Of a stretch of DNA of 64,000 nucleotides, positions 1 to 9,046 are shown piece by piece; positions within the stretch are counted from its first letter, which is position 1; each line of letters starts with the position of its first letter. The position numbers and the translations under genes were made by a program. The stretch is from a candidate division WOR-3 bacterium. GTDB lineage: Bacteria; Hydrothermota; 32-111. The DNA lies in assembly GCA_039804105.1 (NCBI GenBank), contig JBDRZU010000002.1, positions 256,001 to 320,000 on the forward strand. The letters are read 5' to 3'. The notes beneath the pieces are model-generated. The model worked only from the letters and a program-made list of their open reading frames with translations. It was not told the DNA's origin and did no database searches.

Positions 1-17
1 GACCATTTAAATAATTT

Positions 18-185
18 TTAAAGTTTGAACTCTTTTCTATCTTTGAACTCTTCCCTTTTACCTTCATTCCAGTTGTTAACTGGTCTAAAATAACCAACTA
101 TTCTACTGTAAATTTCTGTTGGAATCACTTTTACTTTTTTAACATCTTTTTCTTCACCTTTTAAAACAACTTTTACCTCTTCCAT
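18..185 (-). CDS. Stand-alone C-terminal glycyl-radical domain of class III ribonucleotide reductase (55 aa; not in ORF track)
   Basis: Hand translation MEEVKVVLKGEEKDVKKVKVIPTEIYSRIVGYFRPVNNWNEGKREEFKDRKEFKL. It has the NrdD R-x-x-G-Y glycyl motif and the WNxGKxxEFxDR tail. AAGGAG lies just upstream of ATG 185. Confidence 0.9.
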   Translation of the reverse strand: MEEVKVVLKGEEKDVKKVKVIPTEIYSRIVGYFRPVNNWNEGKREEFKDRKEFKL

Positions 186-2297
186 TTACTCTCCTTTTTC
201 AACATATATTTCAACACCAAATTTTTCAAGTTCTTCAGTCGTATGATCATAGGGACAATAGTTGTGTTCTCCGGGAATATATCCATGAACAGGACATATA
301 GAAAATGTTGGGGTTATGGTAAAATATGGTAGATGGAAATTTTCCGCTATCTTTTTCACAAGTTTTTTACAAGCATTTGAAGAATATATTCTTTCCCCAA
401 TGAAACCATGCAACACTGTTCCGCCTGTATACTGACACTGAAGTTCATCCTGCAATTTTAATGCTTCAAAAAGATCATCTGTAAAACCAACTGGAAGTTG
501 TGTAGAATTTGTATAATATGGAATATCTTTTCCTGCTGTTATGATATCCGGAAAACGTTTTTTGTCCTCTTTTGCAAGTCGGTATGATGTTCCCTCAGCC
601 GGCGACGCTTCAAGGTTATACAGGTTTCCAGTTTCATCTGTAAATTTTTCAAGTTTTTCTCTCATAAATTTTAGAGTTTCAAGTGCAAACTCTCTTCCTT
701 TACTTTGACCAATATTTTCTCCCATAAGCATTAAACATGCTTCATTCATTCCAACAAGTCCTATTGTAGAAAAATGGTTTGCCCAATATTTACCATTTGC
801 TTTTTTTACCTCTTCAAGATAAACTTTAGAATATGGATAAAGATTTTCTTCTGTGAACTTTTCAAGAACTTTTCTTTTAATTTCAAGAGATTCTTTTGCT
901 ATTTCCATCATCTTTTCAAGTTTTGAAAAAAATTCCACTTTATTTTTACTGTTATAAGCTATCCTTGGAATGTTTATCGTTACAACACCTACAGAACCAG
1001 TCATCGGATTTGCACCAAAAAGACCTCCACTTCTTTTTGGATGTTTTTCCTGTTTATGTTCCTGCACAAAATTCTTGTTTGAAAGTAGATTCAATTGAAT
1101 CTTTTCACTTCTTCTTTTTAACTCTCTGTTATCCAATCTCAACCTACAGCACATGCTCCTTGCATCTGATGGATCCATATCGGAATTAATGAAATTACTG
1201 AAATATGGTATACCATATTTTGCTGTCATCTCCCATATTTTTTCAAGATTTGGATTGTCCCAATCAAAATTTTTTGTTATGTTGTATGTTGGAATTGGAA
1301 ATGTAAAAATTCTACCCTTTGCGTCTCCTTCCATCATAACTTCGGCAAACGCTTTGTTGAACATATCCATTTCTTGCTGAAATTCTTTATATGTTTCATT
1401 CATCCTATTTCCACCGATTATCACTCTCTCATCCTTTAATGTTTCAGGACAGACAAGATCCATGGTTACATTTGTGAACGGTGTTTGAAATCCAACTCTT
1501 GTTGGAACATTAACATTGAAAACAAACTCCTGCATCGCCTGTTTTACTTCTTCATATGTTAATTCATCATACCTTATAAATGGAGCAAGATATGTATCAA
1601 AATTTGAAAATGCCTGTGCTCCCGCTGCCTCTCCCTGTAATGTATAAAAAAAGTTAACTATCTGTCCAAGAGCGGTTCTGAAATGTTTTGCTGGTTTTGA
1701 TTCTATTTTGCCTGAAACACCTCCTAAACCTTTAAGCAAAAGTAGTTCAAGATCCCATCCACAACAGTAAACTGAAAGCATTCCAAGATCATGTATATGT
1801 AAATCTCCCTCTCTGTGAGCATTTGCAACCTCTTTTGGATAAATTTTTTCAAGCCAATATGATGCCGAAATCGTTGAAGAGATATGGTTGTTAAGCCCCT
1901 GCAGAGAGTATGACATATTTGAATTTTCATTAACCCTCCAATCGATCCTTTCTATATACTCATCCATCAAATCGATACTATATTTCATCAACTCTTTACT
2001 CTTTCTTATCTGATTATGCTGCTCTCTGTAAAGTATATACGCTTTTGCGGTTTTAGCGTGTCCCGCTTCGATAAGCATCTTCTCAACAAGATCCTGCACA
2101 TTCTCGACTGTTGGAATCCTTCCATCTTTATACAGAACTTCAAGAACAGCAACTATCTGATTCGTTATCTTTTTGGCTGGCTCAATATCTGTTCCACCAA
2201 CAGCTTTCACCGCCTTAAAGATCGCTTCAGTTATTTTGTTTTCGTCAAATTTTTCCAGCCTACCATCTCTTTTTCTTATGTATTCAACCTTGGTCAC
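186..2297 (-). CDS. nrdD: Anaerobic (class III) ribonucleoside-triphosphate reductase, large subunit with N-terminal ATP cone, lacking the glycyl-radical loop
   Basis: ATP cone (IRKRDGRLEKFD...KI), HIHDL, SMCCRL finger loop, EASPAEG, YYTNS and C-terminal CPVH..CP. Likely start is GTG 2297 after GGAGG. Confidence 0.95.
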   Translation of the reverse strand: MTKVEYIRKRDGRLEKFDENKITEAIFKAVKAVGGTDIEPAKKITNQIVAVLEVLYKDGRIPTVENVQDLVEKMLIEAGHAKTAKAYILYREQHNQIRKSKELMKYSIDLMDEYIERIDWRVNENSNMSYSLQGLNNHISSTISASYWLEKIYPKEVANAHREGDLHIHDLGMLSVYCCGWDLELLLLKGLGGVSGKIESKPAKHFRTALGQIVNFFYTLQGEAAGAQAFSNFDTYLAPFIRYDELTYEEVKQAMQEFVFNVNVPTRVGFQTPFTNVTMDLVCPETLKDERVIIGGNRMNETYKEFQQEMDMFNKAFAEVMMEGDAKGRIFTFPIPTYNITKNFDWDNPNLEKIWEMTAKYGIPYFSNFINSDMDPSDARSMCCRLRLDNRELKRRSEKIQLNLLSNKNFVQEHKQEKHPKRSGGLFGANPMTGSVGVVTINIPRIAYNSKNKVEFFSKLEKMMEIAKESLEIKRKVLEKFTEENLYPYSKVYLEEVKKANGKYWANHFSTIGLVGMNEACLMLMGENIGQSKGREFALETLKFMREKLEKFTDETGNLYNLEASPAEGTSYRLAKEDKKRFPDIITAGKDIPYYTNSTQLPVGFTDDLFEALKLQDELQCQYTGGTVLHGFIGERIYSSNACKKLVKKIAENFHLPYFTITPTFSICPVHGYIPGEHNYCPYDHTTEELEKFGVEIYVEKGE

Positions 2298-2321
2298 CCA
2301 TTCCTCCATTTTTTTCAAAAA

Positions 2322-2349
2322 ATATTATCACTCACTTGAAAAATGTCAA
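2322..2349 (-). promoter_or_regulatory. Putative sigma70 promoter of nrdD
   Basis: TTGACA (2349-2344), 16 nt spacer, TAATAT (2327-2322). Confidence 0.6.
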
Positions 2350-2350
2350 T

Positions 2351-2376
2351 AGACCCCACAAAATATAGTGGGGTCT
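2351..2376 (-). terminator. Hairpin, possible terminator of the btu operon, overlapping the first NrdR box
   Basis: 9-bp stem AGACCCCAC/GTGGGGTCT, 8-nt loop, only a weak U tail. Confidence 0.5.
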
Positions 2377-2403
2377 TATTTTGTAAAATACAATATGTTG
2401 AAA
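2356..2403. promoter_or_regulatory. Tandem NrdR boxes
   Basis: ccacaaaatatagtgg (2356-2371) and atacaatatgttgaaa (2388-2403) match acaCwAtATaTwGtg. They are 32 bp apart, directly upstream of nrdD. Confidence 0.85.
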
Positions 2404-2426
2404 AATAACAGAACTTAAGGTTTTAA

Positions 2427-3383
2427 TTATTTTACAAACATTTCAGCAACCTTAAGAGGTATTTCATAGCTCAAAGAATCAACCAATGTAAGTTCTGAAA
2501 AATCAACAAGATACAATTTTCCAACATTTGTTGAAACAACCACTTTTCCTTTGAAATATTCAATATCTGAAGGTGATGGAATTTCAAGAGTTTTTATCAG
2601 GTTTAAATCCGTATCAAGAATGTATAACTTATTGAATATATCAGTTAAAAATAGTTTATCCTCAATAACTTTAATTTTTCCAAGAAAATTATCAAACTCT
2701 AAAGAATCAACATCAACACCATCTTTTACCTTTTTGATTTTACCTTTTATATCGTTATAGTTACCAACAAGAGAGACATAGATTTGATCGTTCTCATCAA
2801 GATCAAGGTAGGAAGGATTTGAACCTTTTGCAAGATCGGTTTCAACATTTTGAAAATCTTCAGATATTTTATAGATATGCCCATTCAAAGAGGTATTGTT
2901 CGATCCCACATATAAAAATCCATCTCTATAAACAACCTCCTGTGGTGCTGTAACTGATAATGAATCAACTATCAAAAAATTTTCTTTTTCTATTTTTAAA
3001 ATAGAATTCGAAAGCCAATCGGTAACAAAAATATAATTTTGATTACCTTCAATGTATGCAGGTGAACTCAAATCTCCCCTTTCGATCTGTGAAATTTTGT
3101 TTCCAGAAAGATCAAACTTTTCGATCGTTGGTGTTCCACCAAAACCTGAATTTGTAATGTAAATGTTTTTATCGTCAACATATATGTCTGTAGGTGCTGA
3201 ACCCGTTATCAAAAGTGGGGTTATTTGAAGCTGAAACAGAGAATCCACCGTATAAACCGATTCCTTTTCCCAATCAAGAATATAGATTGAACTTTCTACT
3301 TTTTCATTTTTAAACAGAGAACAGGAAATACTTAACAACAAAATCAATAAAACAGATAGAACAGCAAAAACTTTTTTCATCAT
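2427..3383 (-). CDS. Beta-propeller lipoprotein (YncE/BtuG-like), probable cobalamin-binding surface protein
   Basis: Lipobox LSISC, repeated P-x-x-I/IYV propeller blades, coupled to a TonB receptor under a B12 riboswitch. Confidence 0.65.
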   Translation of the reverse strand: MMKKVFAVLSVLLILLLSISCSLFKNEKVESSIYILDWEKESVYTVDSLFQLQITPLLITGSAPTDIYVDDKNIYITNSGFGGTPTIEKFDLSGNKISQIERGDLSSPAYIEGNQNYIFVTDWLSNSILKIEKENFLIVDSLSVTAPQEVVYRDGFLYVGSNNTSLNGHIYKISEDFQNVETDLAKGSNPSYLDLDENDQIYVSLVGNYNDIKGKIKKVKDGVDVDSLEFDNFLGKIKVIEDKLFLTDIFNKLYILDTDLNLIKTLEIPSPSDIEYFKGKVVVSTNVGKLYLVDFSELTLVDSLSYEIPLKVAEMFVK

Positions 3384-5266
3384 ACCTCCATTTTGAAGTT
3401 TAAAGAGAATTTTCTTCCTTCCTTAATATAACCTCTCACACTCTCAATTTTCAAATCGAACGGATTATCAATCGAAAGTGTAACATACAAACTCTTCAAT
3501 CTGTAATCCAAACTCACTTCATCAAAACAAAAATAGGGGGGTAAATATTTTGTGTTTTCATTGTTTAAAAACCTTTTCGATCGATATTCAAAATAAAGAG
3601 AAAAAATTAAATTCTTAAACTCATAACTCAAAGAATAGTTCAAGTTTATAAAAGATGTGTATAAAAGTATCTTGAATCTGTCCAGATACATTGGAGATAT
3701 TGTGAAGACGAGAGAGTTGTTAAAATTCAATATATTTTTGTTGTATTGAAAACCTATGTAAGGATTATAAGTTTTTAAAATGTTTTCTGGAGTATAAATT
3801 CCATTTATGTTTATCCATCTTATAAGGTCCTTGTAAAAGTTGAATCCACCCCAAAATTTTTTATCCTCTTTTGAAAAAGCAAAATGGTATGAATAAAGTT
3901 TTTCGTTTACAAGTTTTTCATTCCCTCGAGTAAAAATATCTCCAGTCCAGTAAAGTTCATTGAATGTCGGCCTTCTGGTTGAGATTTTCAAGGAGTGTGT
4001 TACAAGATATTCATTAAAATTGAACATTTTTAAAATCGAAAAACTGTATACAAAATTATTTTTAAAATTATCTTTTTTCCATGTAGATGAGATCGAAAAT
4101 GAATTCGAAATTTCAAAAGATTTTATAACAAAATTTGAAAAGATTCCGTAAAAAAATTCATTTGAAAATAAAACTTTCGTTGATACTATCGAGTTATTTT
4201 GAAAAAATAATCCAAAATCATTTTTCAGATCATTATAATTCACAATTATATTATTAGAACTTGTTTTTGAAGTATCATAAATTATCAGATCTTTATTATC
4301 GTAAATATAAGTGTATAGGTTATGTGAATAGAGTATTTTTAGGTTTTTTGCGGTTAAAAATTTAAAGTTTATAATTCTATTTTTTTCATAAATTGTTGAG
4401 TTATAAAATCTATGTCCCAAAATTCCAGGATCCCCTGTTTTGATTTTACCATCGATCATTAAAGTTGAAAAAAAGTTGTTATTAAAATAAAGATAATTCA
4501 AATACCCTTTCTGATAGGAGTTCAAAATTTTTTCTCTTTCAGGGATAACCATATCACTTTTATCAAAAGTTTCGTTTCCAATTTTTAACCCTTTGAATGA
4601 TAGAGTTAAATCAACATCATAAGATTTTTTGTCATCAAAATTAATATTAACTTTTGATCTATCAAGTTTCTCTATCTCAAAATTTATTCCCGATGAAAAA
4701 ATATTTTCACCATAGAAATTTGATATGCCATTTTTATAAAAACTGATAGTTGAAAAAATATTTTTTGGTAAAAGGTTTATTGGGACCGTTCTTGACTGCT
4801 GGTTAACGATTGGAACTCCATCAACACAAATCTGGTTATCTTCATTTAAGAGTCCATCAACAGAAATCACATAGTTTCTGTTGTACTCTCTTATAGTTAC
4901 AGAAGGAATTTTTTTTATAATAGAAACTGGATTTTTATTTTTTGTTTCCAATTTTAAAACTTCACCGTTTATCCTCTCTTTTTCGATTACAAGCGGTTTA
5001 TATGTAAAAGGTTCAATTTCAAGATAGATCCTTAAAGTTTCTTCTAAGACTTTAAATGTTAAAGATCTGTATCCTAACGAGGAAACTGTTATTTCTTTTC
5101 CTTTTTCTATTTCGAATGGAGTTTTTGTTTGATAAGGTTTATTATCAGAAGATACTGTAACATAATATATTTTTTCACCACTATTTTTGTCATAAACATA
5201 TACATAAGATGAAAATGATTTCATCAGGGAGAAAAAGATAAAGATAAATATAGCACACTTTTTCAT
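3380..5266 (-). CDS. TonB-dependent outer membrane receptor, BtuB-like (divergent)
   Basis: Signal peptide, plug-like segment (IPSVTI...VDGVPI), RRPTFNELYW, IDNPFD...GRKFSL C-terminus; downstream of a cobalamin riboswitch. Start ATG 5266. Confidence 0.8.
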   Translation of the reverse strand: MKKCAIFIFIFFSLMKSFSSYVYVYDKNSGEKIYYVTVSSDNKPYQTKTPFEIEKGKEITVSSLGYRSLTFKVLEETLRIYLEIEPFTYKPLVIEKERINGEVLKLETKNKNPVSIIKKIPSVTIREYNRNYVISVDGLLNEDNQICVDGVPIVNQQSRTVPINLLPKNIFSTISFYKNGISNFYGENIFSSGINFEIEKLDRSKVNINFDDKKSYDVDLTLSFKGLKIGNETFDKSDMVIPEREKILNSYQKGYLNYLYFNNNFFSTLMIDGKIKTGDPGILGHRFYNSTIYEKNRIINFKFLTAKNLKILYSHNLYTYIYDNKDLIIYDTSKTSSNNIIVNYNDLKNDFGLFFQNNSIVSTKVLFSNEFFYGIFSNFVIKSFEISNSFSISSTWKKDNFKNNFVYSFSILKMFNFNEYLVTHSLKISTRRPTFNELYWTGDIFTRGNEKLVNEKLYSYHFAFSKEDKKFWGGFNFYKDLIRWININGIYTPENILKTYNPYIGFQYNKNILNFNNSLVFTISPMYLDRFKILLYTSFINLNYSLSYEFKNLIFSLYFEYRSKRFLNNENTKYLPPYFCFDEVSLDYRLKSLYVTLSIDNPFDLKIESVRGYIKEGRKFSLNFKMEV

Positions 5267-5312
5267 CAATCCATCCTTGTAAGGACGGACCCTGTCATAG
5301 CAGGTTCCGAAC

Positions 5313-5460
5313 ATCAGGCAGGTTTCCTGGCTTGCGGCTTAAACCTCCTGCCACCTTCCCCGGAATGGGTGGTATTAGGCATTCGTATCCGCTTACAGTT
5401 GCTTGACAGCAGTGGATTTTCACCACTTTCCCTTTTACCTCAAAAGAGCACCTGACAGAT
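5313..5460 (-). ncRNA. Cobalamin (B12) riboswitch
   Basis: Minus strand reads AGGTGC...AAAAGGGAAAGTGGTGAAAATCCAC...GCAACTGTAA...CCAC...GGGAAGG...AAGCCAGGAAACCTGCC (B12 box). It is a GC-rich patch in an AT-rich genome. Confidence 0.95.
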
Positions 5461-5521
5461 AAGCATTATATACAATGAAAAAATTTGTCAACATCTTTCA
5501 ACTTTTACAACCAATTTAATA

Positions 5522-5549
5522 TTGACAATTTGTTTATTCTTTATATACT
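5522..5549 (+). promoter_or_regulatory. Putative sigma70 promoter of the rpsP operon
   Basis: TTGACA-N16-TATACT. A divergent TTGACA-N15-TATAAT (5491-5465) faces the riboswitch. Confidence 0.6.
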
Positions 5550-5584
5550 ATAAAATTCTAAAAAAACAAAACCCATAGGAGGTT

Positions 5585-5863
5585 ATGATGGTTAACATAC
5601 ATTTAAAAAGAATTGGGAAAAACAAAACTTCCTGTTACAGGATTGTTGTTGCTGATTCAAGATTTCCAAGAGATGGCAGATTTATCGATTGTATCGGTTC
5701 ATATGATCCTAAAGGAAAAAATCTTTCAAAACTTGATCTTATGAAATACGATGCATGGATAAAAAAGGGAGCAAAGCCAACCAAAAGAGTTCAAATGATA
5801 GTTAAACTCTATAGAGAGAATAAACTTGAAGGAAAGGTAGAGAAAGATGAAATCACTTCTTGA
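5585..5863 (+). CDS. rpsP: 30S ribosomal protein S16
   Basis: YRIVVADSRFPRDGRFI...GSYDP, GAKPT. Confidence 0.97.
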   Translation: MMVNIHLKRIGKNKTSCYRIVVADSRFPRDGRFIDCIGSYDPKGKNLSKLDLMKYDAWIKKGAKPTKRVQMIVKLYRENKLEGKVEKDEITS

Positions 5864-6077
5864 GTATATAGTAAAATCACTTGTTGATAAACCTGATAAA
5901 GTGAAAATACATGTGTGTGAAGGTCAGAAGACAACACTTTATGAAATCGAAATAGATAAAGAGGATGTTGGAAAAGTTATAGGAAAAGATGGAGCAACAC
6001 TTGAAGCGATCAACACTTTGGTGTCAGTTTCATCTGTAAAAAATAATAGAAAATCCGTTATCGAAATCATTGATTGA
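5847..6077 (+). CDS. khpA: KH-domain RNA-binding protein
   Basis: DVGKVIGKDG KH motif, canonical position after rpsP. Confidence 0.93.
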   Translation: MKSLLEYIVKSLVDKPDKVKIHVCEGQKTTLYEIEIDKEDVGKVIGKDGATLEAINTLVSVSSVKNNRKSVIEIID

Positions 6078-6078
6078 T

Positions 6079-6567
6079 ATGTTGTTTAAAGTTGGGAAAA
6101 TATTAAAACCACATGGATTAAAAGGAAATTTGAAGATCCATTTTTATGATAAGGATCGTGAATTGCAGATTCCTGAATTTTTTTATATCAACGGTGAAAA
6201 ATTTTTTGTAGAAAGTGCTGGAAGGATTGGATCAAATTTTATAATCAAATTTAAAGGAATAGATGACAGAACAGGTGCAGAAAAATTACAGAACCTTTAC
6301 GTTGAGGTTGAAGAAAAAGATCTCGTAAAATTGAAAAAGAATCAGTACCATTCACATGAAATAGTCGGTTCAAAAATTTTTTCTAAAGATGGCTGTGAGA
6401 TAGGAAAAGTCGTCAACATAATCTTTCTTGAAAATGGAGATGTACTCGAAGTTGAAGTAAAAGGAAAAAAGGAGACGATTCTTTTTAAAAAAGATTTTTT
6501 TTCACAAATAGATCCTGAAAATAAAATTTTAAAATTAAAATACGAAGAAGATTTCTATGCGTTTTAG
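6079..6567 (+). CDS. rimM: Ribosome maturation factor RimM
   Basis: VGKILKPHGLKG, PRC barrel, synteny. Confidence 0.93.
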   Translation: MLFKVGKILKPHGLKGNLKIHFYDKDRELQIPEFFYINGEKFFVESAGRIGSNFIIKFKGIDDRTGAEKLQNLYVEVEEKDLVKLKKNQYHSHEIVGSKIFSKDGCEIGKVVNIIFLENGDVLEVEVKGKKETILFKKDFFSQIDPENKILKLKYEEDFYAF

Positions 6568-7300
6568 TATTATAACTCTTTTTGGAGAGTTGATAAAACC
6601 GTTCTTTGAAACATCTTTATTGAAAAGGGCAATAGAAAAAAAACTTATCTCCATTGAAATAATAAATCTAAGAGATTTTGGAATTGGAAAACATAAAAAG
6701 GTTGATGATTATCCATACGGTTTATCTTCTGGAATGATACTCATGTGTGAACCGCTCAAAAAAGCTCTCGACTCAATCGATGGGGATAACAAATATGTTG
6801 TTTTGACTTCTCCTTCAGGTGTTCTTTTAAATCAGGAAATCGTTGAAAAAAATCTAGCTAAGAAAGATCATCTCGTTATAATAGCTGGAAGATATAAGGG
6901 AATAGATCAGCGATTCATTGATAAGTATGTTGATCTTGAAATATCCATAGGTGATTATATACTTCAAGGTGGAGAAATTCCAGCTTTGATAATAGTTGAA
7001 ACAGTTAGCAGATTCGTTAATGGCTTTTTACATTCTATCGATTCTGCAGAGAATGACTCATTTTCAAAAGGTTTTCTTGATTCGCCTAAATATACAAGAC
7101 CAAAGGTCTTTGAAGGTATGGAGGTCCCTGAAATATTACTTTCTGGAAACCATAAAAAGATAGAAGAGTATGAAGAATACCAATCTTTGAAACTCACATA
7201 TAAAAGAAGAAAAGATCTATTAAAAAATAAGGACTTGACAAAGAGACAAAAAGAAATTATAAATAAATTAAAATTGGAGGAAAAGAATGGCAAAACTTAA
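6557..7300 (+). CDS. trmD: tRNA (guanine37-N1)-methyltransferase
   Basis: [37 protein letters not shown]. Confidence 0.96.
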   Translation: MRFSIITLFGELIKPFFETSLLKRAIEKKLISIEIINLRDFGIGKHKKVDDYPYGLSSGMILMCEPLKKALDSIDGDNKYVVLTSPSGVLLNQEIVEKNLAKKDHLVIIAGRYKGIDQRFIDKYVDLEISIGDYILQGGEIPALIIVETVSRFVNGFLHSIDSAENDSFSKGFLDSPKYTRPKVFEGMEVPEILLSGNHKKIEEYEEYQSLKLTYKRRKDLLKNKDLTKRQKEIINKLKLEEKNGKT

Positions 7301-7640
7301 TATTGACAGAATAAAAAAAGATTTTGAAAAATCTTTTGAGAAAAACGAAAAATACGACTTCAATGTTGGAGACACAGTGGATGTGTCTGTAAAGATAGAA
7401 GAGAGTGGTAAAACAAGAACACAAAAATTCAGAGGTATAGTTATAGCAAAAAGAGGCACTTCAGTTGGACAAACAATAACTGTAAGAAAAATCTCTGAAG
7501 GTATAGGTGTTGAAAGGATATTTCCACTAAATTCTCCAAATGTAACAGATATTAAGGTCGTAAAGAAAGGTAAAGTTAGAAGAGCAAAACTTCACTATAT
7601 GAGGGGAAGAACAGGAAAAGCTGCTACAAAAGTTGAATGA
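7287..7640 (+). CDS. rplS: 50S ribosomal protein L19
   Basis: [24 protein letters not shown]. Confidence 0.97.
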   Translation: MAKLNIDRIKKDFEKSFEKNEKYDFNVGDTVDVSVKIEESGKTRTQKFRGIVIAKRGTSVGQTITVRKISEGIGVERIFPLNSPNVTDIKVVKKGKVRRAKLHYMRGRTGKAATKVE

Positions 7641-8269
7641 AAAAAAATTTAAGAAATTTCGAAGAAAAATGGTGGCGTAAAAATCGCTACTTTGTTGCAG
7701 GTGTCGATGAGGCAGGAAGAGGTCCAGTTGCAGGACCTGTTGTCTCTGCTGCTGTTATTTTCCCAGAAGATATTTATATAGAAGGTATAGATGATTCAAA
7801 AGAATTATCTCCCGAGGAAAGAGAAGATTTATTCCAAATAATAATGGAAAAAGCGCTTGCAGTCGGGGTCGCTTATACTGATAATGTGGTTATAGATAAG
7901 ATTAACATTTTGCAAGCAACATATCTTTCGATGAAAAGATCTATAGCAAAATTGAATATTGTTCCAGATGTTGTTCTGGTTGATGGATATCCAATACCGG
8001 ATCTTTTGTTAGAACAGGAATCGATAATAAAAGGTGATTCCAAGTCAATTTCGATAGCAGCAGCATCAATAGTTGCAAAAGTGCATAGAGATAGGATTAT
8101 GGAATTTTATGGTATGGAGTATCCTGAGTACGATTTTGAAACAAATAAAGGTTACGCAACACCAAAACATATAGACATCATCATAAAAAAAGGTCCATGT
8201 GAAATACATAGAAAAACTTTTACCCCAGTAAAAGAGATTATCAAAAAAGTTTTTGGTGATAAAATCTAA
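7637..8269 (+). CDS. rnhB: Ribonuclease HII
   Basis: [30 protein letters not shown]. Confidence 0.96.
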   Translation: MKKNLRNFEEKWWRKNRYFVAGVDEAGRGPVAGPVVSAAVIFPEDIYIEGIDDSKELSPEEREDLFQIIMEKALAVGVAYTDNVVIDKINILQATYLSMKRSIAKLNIVPDVVLVDGYPIPDLLLEQESIIKGDSKSISIAAASIVAKVHRDRIMEFYGMEYPEYDFETNKGYATPKHIDIIIKKGPCEIHRKTFTPVKEIIKKVFGDKI

Positions 8270-8645
8270 AAATATTTCAAAAGGAAAAAGCGGAGAAATT
8301 CTCGCCATAAAATATCTAAGAAGAAAAGGTTTCCAGATCCTGGAGCAAAATTTCCGTTTCGGTAAAATCGGAGAAATTGATATTATCTGTAAAAAGGATG
8401 ATACTCTTGTATTCGTTGAAGTAAAGTCAAGAGAAAAAATGGGAAAGGGAACTCCAAAGGAATCGATAACAGATTTAAAAAAAGAAAGAATTTTTAAGTG
8501 TGCAAAATTTTTTTTGATGAAACACCCTGAATTTTCAGATTCAAATTTTAGATTTGACTTTGTAGGTATAAAAATTACAAGTAATATTTTTAAAAGAGTT
8601 GAAATAGAACATATTGAAAATGTTTTCTTTTTTGATGAATTTTAA
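8256..8645 (+). CDS. YraN/UPF0102 family putative endonuclease
   Basis: GEIDII...LVFVEVKSR, RFD; follows rnhB. Confidence 0.9.
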   Translation: MIKSKNISKGKSGEILAIKYLRRKGFQILEQNFRFGKIGEIDIICKKDDTLVFVEVKSREKMGKGTPKESITDLKKERIFKCAKFFLMKHPEFSDSNFRFDFVGIKITSNIFKRVEIEHIENVFFFDEF

Positions 8646-9046
8646 AGATTTTTTCTAAAAATCTCTTCAACGAGCTTATGACATTCTTTGTTTTCGTTTC
8701 TTGGTACATGTTCGATTCTAAAAGATTTCACCCTTGATAGAATCGATTTAACTTCTTCGTATATTTTTTTTAATTCAGGATCTTTTACTTTATAAATATT
8801 TAAAAGTTGTTTAACTACAAGTTCACTATCAGAAAATATTTCTATCTCCAGTTCATTTAAAGAGAATCTTTTTGAAACATCTTTTAACGCATAAAGTAAG
8901 CCAGACCATTCAGCACGATTGTTTGTTGAGTTATCGAAAAATCCCCCACCATCTATCTTTTTATCATCATAAGTTATTCTATATGCGTAAGCAGCCGGTC
9001 CTGGATTGTTTTTACAACCACCATCAAAACTTATCACTATTTTCAT
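8642..9046 (-). CDS. rnhA: Ribonuclease HI family protein
   Basis: FDGG..NPGPA, TNNRAE, SDSELVV, HVPRNEN. Confidence 0.85.
   Translation of the reverse strand: MKIVISFDGGCKNNPGPAAYAYRITYDDKKIDGGGFFDNSTNNRAEWSGLLYALKDVSKRFSLNELEIEIFSDSELVVKQLLNIYKVKDPELKKIYEEVKSILSRVKSFRIEHVPRNENKECHKLVEEIFRKNL

Noticed and set aside
186..188. Selenocysteine/pyrrolysine recoding joining the two nrdD parts
   Set aside because: The stop is TAA, not TGA or TAG, and an RBS precedes the next ATG.
1030..1115. Intein or intron in nrdD
   Set aside because: The insert is too short, in frame, and lacks HN-C/S/T splice motifs or an endonuclease.
5267..5314. N-terminal extension of the TonB receptor in the ORF track
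   Set aside because: It lies in the riboswitch expression platform; the signal peptide starts at ATG 5266.
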